In this document: one piece after another, positions 24,658 to 36,619 of the stretch
How the letters are laid out: each line of letters begins with the position of its first letter
Position numbering within the stretch: position 1 is the first letter of the stretch
Origin: Amphiscolops sp. MND2022
Taxonomy: Eukaryota
NCBI GenBank assembly: GCA_964187785.1
Contig: OZ076410.1
Location: 69,192,001 to 69,256,000, forward strand
Direction: 5' to 3'
Length of the DNA: 64,000 nucleotides
Notes under the pieces: model-generated
Database searches by the model: none
What the model was told of the DNA's origin: nothing
The model's input: only the letters and a program-made list of their open reading frames with translations
Program-made: the position numbers and the translations under genes

Positions 24658-27600
24658 TGCTCCGGTGTAACATTTCACACGTGTCGCGTCCACAAAGGTG
24701 CGGGGAATCCGGAGTGCACCGTGAGAAGATAAACAACGTCTGCATCAGACTGATAAGCTTTCAAAACTTATTGTTCAGTCATGTAATCTATTTTTTCTGT
24801 AAACTTTCATATAGTCAGAGTTATGTTTTGATTTCATTTGATAAGACTTGATGTATTTTGATCATCTTGAGCCCCCATAACGTTAATATTGTGCTTATAT
24901 CTCATTTTGTATTGCCCAGTGCTAATCGTCGCATAATGTTTTGAGTATAGTAGTAAATACGGTTTTATGCGCTTTTACAATGTTATTATATATAACTATG
25001 CATTTTTACAACACTAAGCGGTTCCATGTGACGTATTTACGTCACTATACGTTTTCACCATTCATGATGTTATACGTCATCCCTGCGTTTCGAGAAGTGA
25101 CCTATATGCGGTACTATACGTTTTCAGCAGTGTTTGTGCTATTTTGAAGTATTGCATTCATGTTTTAGTATATAAAGTTGGAAAGTTATATATGTCATTG
25201 TTTAACGTCATTCTACGGTCCTATAAACTTATAAACTCCTTTTGAAAGCATTTTGAACGTCATGAAAAGAGGACTCAGAAAATATAAATAGGATGACGGG
25301 ATTCTGACGTTGTGCTAGTTTTATACTTCCAGGAAAGACATCAGTAAAATTGAGGGTGATCCTTTCATAATTTTCGGAAACTTTTGGAAAATAAGAGAGT
25401 ATTGTTAAGAAAAACAACCTTCCTTGAACGCTGTTTGTTCTAAATTTCAACACAAACTCTGTAAATCTAATCTATTCTTGAATTTTCTGAACATCCTAGT
25501 TTGCTTTTAACAAACATCAAGTTCGAATTCAAGTCCTAAACCTTGCAACGCAATCTATTTCTCTGGAGTGAGATGGGCAATAAAAGAATTCGAAGGTCAA
25601 GAAGACTCGGAACACCCTCTCCAGAGAGAGAAATAAGCAGTACCGAAACAAACAACACATGTAACGAGACAATAACTTATTTTAATACTGTCGTTCAAAA
25701 AAGTTTAGATAGAAATAACTCAAGAAATCGGTTGATTGAACCCAGTCAAATTAGTAGATACAAAGCTGGACTCAGATATTTCAACAAAAGAACAACGATA
25801 AAATTGAAAGATGAGAGAAGAGATGGACAACAACCTTGAAGTCATCCTTAGATAAATTTAAACGAACAAAATTGCATCACCAGTAACAAACCCAAGGTCA
25901 GATATCAGTGAAACACAAGATCCACAACCTTCGGGATCCAAAATAGATAAGTCCATAGGAGTTCGCTCATTTAACAACAAAAATTGATACCCTGAAGACG
26001 ACGATTATCCTCTTAGAGCTTCAAAAATGAAAGACTTGAATCATACTGCGAAACCATTATTCCAAAATGAATCGGACGTAGATGTGACAATACTTTCAAC
26101 TGAAGAATCCAATGAAAAAGATTATCACAACACGTGATCTTTCTATTTCCGGTTTATCTTCTGAAAGCCACATGCCGATCTAAACAGCAAAACAGAAACA
26201 AATTACGTAACGGAAAATTAGCTATTCTTTTTCCACCCTGAAATAATTAAATACATCAAAAAGAAAATAAAAATCCGTAATCACAACGGAATTCAAACAA
26301 TCTAAATTGAAAAGGACATACAGAATAGTACAGTGGATTGTTCTTCGACATTGAAATAGTTGCTCCGGTGAAACATTTCAGACGTGTCGCGTCCACAAAG
26401 GTGCGGGGAATCCGGAGTGCACCGTGAGAAGATAAACAACGTCTGCATCAAACTGATAAGCTTTCAAAACTTATTGTTCAGTCATGTAATCTATTTTTTC
26501 TGTAAACTTTCATATAGTCAGAGTTATGTTTTGATTTCATTTGATAAGACTTGATGTATTTTGATCATCTTGAGCCCCCATAACGTTAATATTGTGCTTA
26601 TATCTCATTTTGTTTTGCCCAGTGCTAATCGTCGCATAATGTTTTGAGTATAGTAGTAAATACTGTTTTATGCGCTTTTACAATGTTATTATATATAACA
26701 ATGCATTTTTACAACACTAAGCGGTTCCATGTGACGTATTTACGTCACTATACGTTTTCACCATTCATGATGTTATACGTCATCCCTGCGTTTCGAGAAG
26801 TGACCTATATGCGGTACTATACGTTTTCAGCAGTGTTTGTGCTATTTTGAAGTATTGCATTCATGTTTTAGTATATAAAGTTGGAAAGTTATATATGTCA
26901 TTGTTTAACGTCATTCTACGGTCCTATAAACTTATAAACTCCTTTTGAAAGCATTTTGAACGTCATGAAAAGAGGACTCAGAAAATATAAATAGGATGAC
27001 GGGATTCTGACGTTGTGCTAGTTTTATACTTCCAGGAAAGACATCAGTAAAATTGAGGGTGATCCTTTCATAATTTTCGGAAACTTTTGGAAAATAAGAG
27101 AGTATTGTTAAGAAAAACAACCTTCCTTGAACGCTGTTTGTTCTAAATTTCAACACAAACTCTGTAAATCTAATCTATTCTTGAATTTTCTGAACATCCT
27201 AGTTTGCTTTTAACAAACATCAAGTTCGAATTCAAGTCCTAAACCTTGCAACGCAATCTATTTCTCTGGAGTGAGATGGGCAATAAAAGAATTCGAAGGT
27301 CAAGAAGACTCGGAACACCCTCTCCAGAGAGAGAAATAAGCAGTACCGAAACAAACAACACATGTAATGAGACAATAACTTATTTTAATACTGTCGTTCA
27401 AAAAAGTTTAGATAGAAATAACTCAAGAAATCGGTTGATTGAACCCAGTCAAATTAGTATAGAGATACAAAGCTGGACTCAGATATTTCAACAAAAGAAC
27501 AACGATAAAATTGAAAGATGAGAGAAGAGATGGACAACAACCTTGAAGTCATCCTTAGATAAATTTAAACGAACAAAATTGCATCACCAGTAACAAACCC

Positions 27601-29543
27601 AAGGTCAGATATCAGTGAAACACAAGATCCACAACCTTCGGGATCCAAAATAGATAAGTCCATAGGAGTTCGCTCATTTAACAACAAAAATTGATACCCT
27701 GAAGACGACGATTATCCTCTTAGAGCTTCAAAAATGAAAGACTTGAATCATACTGCGAAACCATTATTCCAAAATGAATCGGACGTAGATGTGACAATAC
27801 TTTCAACTGAAGAATCCAATGAAAAAGATTATCACAACACGTGATCTTTCTATTTCCGGTTTATCTTCTGAAAGCCACATGCCGATCTAAACAGCAAAAC
27901 AGAAACAAATTACGTAACGGAAAATTAGCTATTCTTTTTCCACCCTGAAATAATTAAATACATCAAAAAGAAAATAAAAATCCGTAATCACAACGGAATT
28001 CAAACAATCTAAATTGAAAAGGACATACAGAATAGTACAGTGGATTGTTCTTCGACATTGAAATAGTTGCTCCGGTGAAACATTTCAGACGTGTCGCGTC
28101 CACAAAGGTGCGGGGAATCCGGAGTGCACCGTGAGAAGATAAACAACGTCTGCATCAAACTGATAAGCTTTCAAAACTTATTGTTCAGTCATGTAATCTA
28201 TTTTTTCTGTAAACTTTCATATAGTCAGAGTTATGTTTTGATTTCATTTGATAAGACTTGATGTATTTTGATCATCTTGAGCCCCCATAACGTTAATATT
28301 GTGCTTATATCTCATTTTGTTTTGCCCAGTGCTAATCGTCGCATAATGTTTTGAGTATAGTAGTAAATACTGTTTTATGCGCTTTTACAATGTTATTATA
28401 TATAACAATGCATTTTTACAACACTAAGCGGTTCCATGTGACGTATTTACGTCACTATACGTTTTCACCATTCATGATGTTATACGTCATCCCTGCGTTT
28501 CGAGAAGTGACCTATATGCGGTACTATACGTTTTCAGCAGTGTTTGTGCTATTTTGAAGTATTGCATTCATGTTTTAGTATATAAAGTTGGAAAGTTATA
28601 TATGTCATTGTTTAACGTCATTCTACGGTCCTATAAACTTATAAACTCCTTTTGAAAGCATTTTGAACGTCATGAAAAGAGGACTCAGAAAATATAAATA
28701 GGATGACGGGATTCTGACGTTGTGCTAGTTTTATACTTCCAGGAAAGACATCAGTAAAATTGAGGGTGATCCTTTCATAATTTTCGGAAACTTTTGGAAA
28801 ATAAGAGAGTATTGTTAAGAAAAACAACCTTCCTTGAACGCTGTTTGTTCTAAATTTCAACACAAACTCTGTAAATCTAATCTATTCTTGAATTTTCTGA
28901 ACATCCTAGTTTGCTTTTAACAAACATCAAGTTCGAATTCAAGTCCTAAACCTTGCAACGCAATCTATTTCTCTGGAGTGAGATGGGCAATAAAAGAATT
29001 CGAAGGTCAAGAAGACTCGGAACACCCTCTCCAGAGAGAGAAATAAGCAGTACCGAAACAAACAACACATGTAATGAGACAATAACTTATTTTAATACTG
29101 TCGTTCAAAAAAGTTTAGATAGAAATAACTCAAGAAATCGGTTGATTGAACCCAGTCAAATTAGTATAGAGATACAAAGCTGGACTCAGATATTTCAACA
29201 AAAGAACAACGATAGAATTGAAAGATGAGAGAAGAGATGGACAACAAACTTGAGGTCATCCTTAGATAAATTTAAACGAACAAAAATGCATAACCGGTAA
29301 CAAACCCAATGTCAGATATCAGTGAAACACAAGACCCACAACCTTCGGGATCCAAAATAGATAAGTCTATAGGAGTTCGCTCATTTAACAACAAAAATTC
29401 ATACCCTGAAGACGACGATTATCCTCTTAGAGTTCCAAAAATGAAAGACTTAAATCATACTGCGAAACCATTATTCCAAAGTGAATCGGACGTAGATGTG
29501 ACAATACTTTCAAATGAAGAATCCAATGAAAAAGATTATCACA
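24658..29543 (+). repeat. Tandem array of three LTRs of a second Gypsy family (LTR-B: 24658-26129, 26361-27836, 28068-29543) separated by 231-bp R fragments
   Basis: Period 1,703/1,707 bp. Each unit runs TGCTCC...GATTATCACA and carries a gag-like N-terminus (MGNKRIRRSRRLGTPSPER...DYH). The same type of LTR end is seen at 57809 on minus. Confidence 0.85.
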
Positions 29544-29750
29544 ACACGTGATTTTGTTGTCCGGTTTATCTTCTGAAAATCACTTGCTGATCTAAACAGC
29601 AAAACAGAAACAAATTACGTAACGGAAAATTAGCTGTTCCTTTTCCACCCTGAAATGAAAACATCAAAGAAAAATTTTGACTCCGTTACCACCAGTAGTC
29701 TCCAGTAACAAAATAGAATAGTCTAAAAAAGTTGTCTAAAATAGAATAGT

Positions 29751-31471
29751 TGTCAAGTTTCACTTAAAATACAGTCAAGCATGTTATGCGAATAATTAAA
29801 AGGGTTGTGACGGCGTCACTCCACTAAGCTAGTAACTAGTGTCTCTTTTTTTTACGGACCAATAGCGTCATCCCTCAGCCGGGTTACTTGAGCTCAGTCC
29901 AATAAGACTCGAGCTTATTCTAATAAAAATGTCACCATAGCAAAGCCGACTTGTAAAGAGAAAGAGAATAAACGCCTACGCGTTTTGTGCGGATTGTAAA
30001 ATCGTAACTACGAAATGAGCCTTTGAACTTCATTTGAAAGGAGTTTCTTCAAGAAACGATGTATTAAGGGAACTTTAGAAACGGAATATCATATGACAAA
30101 AGCTGTACTGTAAGGAGGAATTAGTTATTGAATCAAATCTCTGAGCGTGATGATGTTTCAAGTTTTCAAATTGAGATTGCGTCAATCTCTCGTTGCGAAC
30201 GATTTTTGTCCAAAGAATCGAAGTTATATGTGCATATACGTATATCACAACTATAAGGTATGAATTCATAACCAATCCAAGAAATGAAACGTGAGGTTGT
30301 TTTCACCAAACCATGATTTCTCCACCTTTTTGTACTATACTTTAGGGTTAGAATAACTATGTTAAATTTATTTACGTTTTCACTAGTGGATACGGTTGTA
30401 AGTGAAGTTTTGTAATCATCATAAATTGTTTCAGTTGTGGTGGTGTTGCGTCGGGATGTTTCAATTTTTTTCTACACTAAGTATTTTTCTGTCGTTGCAA
30501 GCCATTTCAATTTGGATACCGTAATCTAATCTCAAATTCATGTTTATGATGTTTGTAATATGACACTTTAGCATCATTTGTTCCTTTCCCATCACTATTC
30601 GGAGTTTCTCATTTCCGGAATTTTTTGCTCCGTTCAAGCTGCGTTGCCATTTTTTGCGTGTGATACTTTTGTTTTGAAGGTTTGAACTTCCAACTTAGAG
30701 TTTGACTAAGTGATCACGTCGCTCTTCGATGAAAATATCAAGTAGGCTTTTATATTGCCGCGAAGCTCAAACAGGAAATGGAGTTGCCTGGACAAAAATG
30801 ATTTCAACAAATATTACGGATTAGCGACGCATCTAGGAATTTCGATACCTGATTTCACGGTGCAGGTATGAAAGGATTTGAATCATTAGAGTATTTTAGT
30901 GAACAAACCCGATTTTTTTTGATAATCAGGATTTTTTAGGTGAGAAACAAATGATGCTGGAAAAGTATATATAGAGAAAACTTGTAAAGTTAGTTGATAC
31001 TTTTGCTGTCTTGTGAATCATTATTCTACGTAATCGAAACGAAAAAAGTCTTTGACGAATTTACTGTTTCCAAAGACCAATTTCCATCTTTTCATTTCAA
31101 AAAAGGCAACTAGAAGCCAAAAAAGGAAAACTGCAGTAGAATTAGCATCAAGAGAGCTTCGACTTCTGAAAATAATCTAGTTGAGAACCTCGTAGCCGGG
31201 CCAAGTAAATCACCCCGAAATAAGACCGAAAAATTAGGGCGAGATTAAAACGTCCCTGAGTAGCAAAATTTTGTCTGACCTTACTGAAATTCTTGCATAC
31301 AATCAAAAGAAGATAATAAAGCTCATAACACCTGTGACTAAAAGGTTCTCAGACCAACAAGCCTTTGAGAATTCTGACTCTGAACCTTGACTATCTCCAT
31401 GACTCGAACGTGCACCCCTATAAAAATTGAAGCGACTACATCTAAAACCACCCTAATGAATAGTCGTAACA
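29751..31471 (+). repeat. E2 5' LTR (LTR-A, TGTCA...CGTAACA)
   Basis: Colinear with 41398-44648 once the MITE is removed; followed by the PBS-like sequence at 31472-31482. The left boundary is inferred from the TG after AATAGT. Confidence 0.75.
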
Positions 31472-32430
31472 CGGTGACAGGAATCCTAAATGATTCCACA
31501 AATCAATCCACAAAAAGCCGAAAGAGCAACGTTCACATAGCGAACACAATAATGGCCGTCATAGGACATCAAGACTGCTGTTTGCACCCCAACCACAAAC
31601 ATTCTAGCCACCAAACATGCTCCCAGTGCCGAACGCAATCCCTTCTTTAAAGGTAAGTCCGGAAAATTTGAATTTTTTGAGGACCTAATCAGAAACAGCT
31701 TTAAAATGTACCCACCCCGGAAATACAAAAAAAAACAATTATTTCCACCAAAAAAGACAACCTAGAGGAAATAATAGCGGCATTTAAACGTCGGTTTGGT
31801 GATTTCCAATCCTCTGCAAAAGCCAGGTGTGATTGGGACGCTCTGCATTTTGATCCCACAAAACAAAAACTACATAATTTTCTCGAGGTCCTCCAAAAGA
31901 CCGCCAAGGAAACATTCGGCCCAGAAGCTCAAAAATTCATTGACAAAGCGATCTACGCAAAAATGCCGGATCATGTCAAAAAGATCCTTAACCGGGCGTA
32001 CCTCGAAGAAAAGCCCTACAATGACACCGTCCTACATCTAGAGCGCGAGATGCGACTACTTGGTCTCGCTCGATGCGCCTGACGAAACTACGCCAATCCC
32101 GCTAAACTACGCAGTTTCTCCGGAAGAGAAAAAGGAACAACAACAGCGCGGTTACTGTTTCCACTGTGGCAGATACGCCACTACAAAGCACAGTGTCGAA
32201 AACACAAAAAAATGCTACTACGAAACCGAAACGAAAAACGCCGACAAAAACCAATTTGACGCCCACAAACCAAAGTGCGAGACGTGCGGCAAAATGCACA
32301 AAACGGAAAACTGCTGGGACGGAGCAAACGCAGCAAACGATACAAGACACAGAGACGCGAAATCACTATCCCAACTAAAAACAATGGTGAAGATCCGTTG
32401 CCCACTTGTTCAACACAGCCAAAAAACTGA
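31104..32430 (+). pseudogene. gag: E2 gag remnant (begins within the LTR)
   Basis: PFKGKSGKFEFFEDL, FGPEAQKFIDKAIYAKMPDHVKKIL, knuckles CFHCGRY..H and CETCGKMHKTENC. AAAAAAC-TGA at 32421-32430. Start is approximate. Confidence 0.8.
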
Positions 32431-35400
32431 AATCGGCGCGCCTACGTTTCGGGGAAAAAGTAGACGCGAGGGCGTACACCATCGAGGATCATCCAAATTG
32501 ATTCGAAGTAGGCTTCATGACTGAGTATAACGAAGAACCAACGCAAAAATAGCAACGAGGTTGGAATGTCGGCAGGATCTTCCGTCACAATGCTAGACAC
32601 CAGGACGACCCAACACCACTCTCCGAATGGATAGTGGAATCACCAGACAACTACGCTACACTGAAACGATCACTGCCAGAATCGAAAACAGAAAGAATGT
32701 ACGTCGATGACAACGACTGTCGCTGCGATCCGTGGGCCGAACCGGCAATCTACGATGCAAACACCCTATCTTTAAAATACAAGTCCCAAATCCACAGAAA
32801 CACTCAGAAGTGGTAACAGATTTCCCCCACCACTGTCACCCATTTTGAAAAAGACAGAACCAACACTGACAGAACCCGTCACTGTAACGTCTGCACCAAT
32901 AAACGCAGAAGAAATCACATCGAAGACAAAACTCTGTGGTCACAAAAACTACGCTAAATAACGGTCGACACCTAATCTCCCCAACCACCACAAACTGCAC
33001 CTACCACAGAAGCATCCGACGGCAACGAAGACACAACGGATCTCAAGATTTGGACGTCATCATAAAAATCATCCAACATGACAAAGATGGCGACTACATT
33101 CCGTTGATGTCAGCAATAGCCCTCAAAAAGGAGAAAGAATGAAACGATAAAGCATTTGCAAGCCAGTGCATCGTTAACAAAGCGCCACCACCCCCTTTGA
33201 AAGTACAATACACCAACGCGGAACTAGAATCACGGCTCGCAAGGTACACGATGCGATTTAAAGTCAGCGATAACATATTTGAAGAAACGTTCATTATAAT
33301 GACCCAGACATCCTTCCAAATATTCCGATTGGCGTTCTTCCGGAAACACGCTGCTATAATCGACACAGCTCAAGGAATAATAGACTTCCCAGAGATCCAA
33401 ATCACGATGGCACTCACGCATGAGATGCAGAATTGTTATCCGAAGCCGATTACCATCAAAACGGAAAGCAAGCACACAATAGCTACACAGTCGGAACTTA
33501 TCATACACGCGTCAATACTTGTGAGTAATAATCACCCAAGAACTGGGACAATACAACCCCTACCACAGTTTGACGGGTGTGCAAAGCTAATCGTAGTCCC
33601 AGTAATAACAACAGCAAGAGACAAGCGAGGAGTTATCATAAGCGCCAATACAACGGACTTTTCCAACACCATAAATCCTAATACCAAGCTAGTCGAGTTG
33701 CAGATCCTGAAACCCGAAGAAACGAAGTTGATCCTCCCAGTAGACATAGCTGGTACCTGCTAACAGACCATGGCATTGTTGTCACGTATATAATTGCCTT
33801 TATGCAAGTTGAACGACCTGAAGACAATGAAGAAAATTTCTGGTTCCCAAACCCATAGAACCCTGGAATTATAACGAATACTCCCCGATTCAGAAGCGAA
33901 ACTTTTGAAGCATTACGGGAACCATCCGAACGTGAAAAACTTGACCCAACAGAAAATGAAGTATCCCGAAACAAGTTATTTTCAATGTTCGAATGGACTG
34001 ACTAACTAATTACGGGAAACGGCCGCGAAAACCTAGAAGCTACAATACTAGAATTCAATGATACCTTTGCTCGACATGGACTTGATATCGGCATGAATAG
34101 GCAATTCGAAGTCAGTCTAACACCAGAAGACTACAAGCTTGTCTACACGCAGTAGAGACAAGTCCCAATTAACCTCAAAGGAAACCTGACAGCAGAGCTG
34201 GCTCTCACGCACCGATACGGAATCAACACGACGCTACCTATCTCCCATTATGCAAGCCCCATCTTTGCACAACGGAAACCCAACTACAAGCTGAGACTAC
34301 TGGTAATTCTGCGCAAAATCAACGCATCCATCGCAGACGACTACATCAACAACAACCACCCTATCAGCACCCTCTCAGATGCTGCACAGCACCTGGCTGG
34401 GAAAAAACTGTTCTGCAAACTCAACGCTCCCAAGCCTATCACTGCCTACAAATCGCGGATCGAAGGTCAGTAGAACTACTTGCTTTAAACTTTGCTAGTA
34501 GGACGTTTGCCTACCGTAGACTAGCCCAAGGACTCAGCAGGTATTTGTCTGCTTTCTCGATATTCATGCGAGAGTATCTAGACACAGTCATCAAAGCGGA
34601 CCAGTGCGCCCAGTTTTTTGACGACATTGGGATCGCCGCAAACACTCCGCAGCAGTTAATCAGAAACATCAGGGCAGTCTTCAAGTGTATCAAAACAGCC
34701 GGGCTAAGACTCACAATCGAAAAATGCAAGTTTGGGATCACCCAAGTGGAATTCATAGGCAGAACCATTACCCCTGACGGAGTAGCGCCGCAAGGTCAGA
34801 AAGTCAAAACTTTTCTCTCTAAAGTCCGTTTCCCAAATTCAAAGAAACAAGTGCAAAAATATATTGACTTTGTGAACTACTAACGAAACTATATACAACG
34901 ACTCTCAGAAAACTTCATTGGTATGTATAAACTTTTAAAAGCTGATACCAAAGTCACCGTCTCAGAACAAACTGTCGACAACTTCAAAGAATTCAACGCC
35001 AGCCTAGCGGAAGACCATGGACTTGCCCTAAGAGCCCCTAGCTGGAAAACAATACTTCCTAATGACGGATGCGAGCTTTCGTGTATCAGGTTATGCGCTC
35101 ATTATTGACTAAAACGATGACCCGACTCTCCTGTCAAAAAGGAAAACATTTGCGCCACTAGCGTTTGGTGCCCGTGTTTCTCGCCCAACTGAAAATGTCA
35201 ATCCACTGCAAAGAAATTTTAGTTTTATACCATGCCTTCCTGGAATATAGTCACTTCCTATGGGAAACGACAATACCGACAATATCGTAAGATCAGTTAC
35301 GAAATTTTTCCAGACAAAAACCACACCACCCGCATTATGGATTGCATGCGACTACGTTTTACAATTCAAGTTCCGTATCATGCACGTAGCAGACTCCCAA

Positions 35401-36540
35401 CGCAGCAGACTTCTTGTCAAGACTTGAATTTTCCGCAAAAAAAAGTTGAACTCAAATTACGCGAAGATATATTAACGTCGCCAATAGAAGTCAATCTTCA
35501 ATCGACAGATGTCGCTGTTGAAGAACAACTTTTCTTCCTACCAGATGAAGAGGAAGAGTCAGTAGACGAAATTTTTGCCACAGGAAAGCACTACAACGTG
35601 CTATTGACGAACATGAAAAAAAAACTCTCAACCAAAGCAACCGAAGTGAGCAAAACACCACTCAACCCCACAACATCGAATACAACGAATACCGTACAAC
35701 ATCCTGGACATCAAACTGGGACTTAAGCCAGAATGGAACAAAGAAGACAACGCAGAACTTACGGACAAATTACAGAAATAGATAGCTGAAATCCACCAAG
35801 CTGCCAAAGACGACCTCATTCAATCGTACTTGAAATACAAGCGATAGAATGAAAAAACGCCACAGCAACGCTATTGAAAGTCAATGACTTATGCTATGTC
35901 CTTAACCCGAAGGCTGATAAGCAGTCAATGAAAATCGCAATCAAAAATTACATCTGGACAGGTCTCTGCAAAGTCGTCAAAGTACTCTCAAACAACGACT
36001 ACGTCGTACGAAGAACGGGTACAAGGTACACACAAACCCTCCATAAAGTTCGCTTAAAGCTATATGCGTCCAAACAGCGAGTACGTGATCAAACGACGTA
36101 ATAGTCAGAAGGGAAGAATATCTTCCAGATCCAGTGGTTAAAACAACCCATAATGATTGGTACGACCAAGCTTGGGAAAACGAATTCGGTGAAGTTCTGT
36201 TCGGAACATCTACGGAAAACCCGCCAGAAGAAGCAACAATCACGGAAATTATAGGCAGAAGATGACGCAGTTACAACGGAAAATGAAGTGGTTAAAACAA
36301 CCACAGTTGAAATTTCTGAAGAGGATTAAACATCCTCCCTCAACCTTATGTCATTCAATCGGGATGTCAGCCATGATCCCTACATTTTGACTCCACCGCC
36401 TGTAGAAAGCCCTCCTAAAACGCCAGAATTACCGCCTATAGTTGTTGGATACAATCCTAGAAAGGTGATACGATACAAGTTACGACCTAATCTTAGACGT
36501 AATGCTTAACCTGACTTCCTAATGCTAGACTTACTCACTA
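32431..36540 (+). pseudogene. pol: E2 pol remnant
   Basis: RT: YRRLAQGLSR, MREYLDTVIKADQCAQFFDDIGIAAN (34545-34883). RNase H region ~34900-35450. Integrase C-terminus only (PYNILDIKLG, IWTGLCKVVKVLSNNDY). Confidence 0.88.
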
Positions 36541-36619
36541 CGAACAATGAACGTCAATCTCAATGCAGAATAAAAACAATCACTGAGCCAAACCGAACGG
36601 AATTACTACGTTATTTTCC

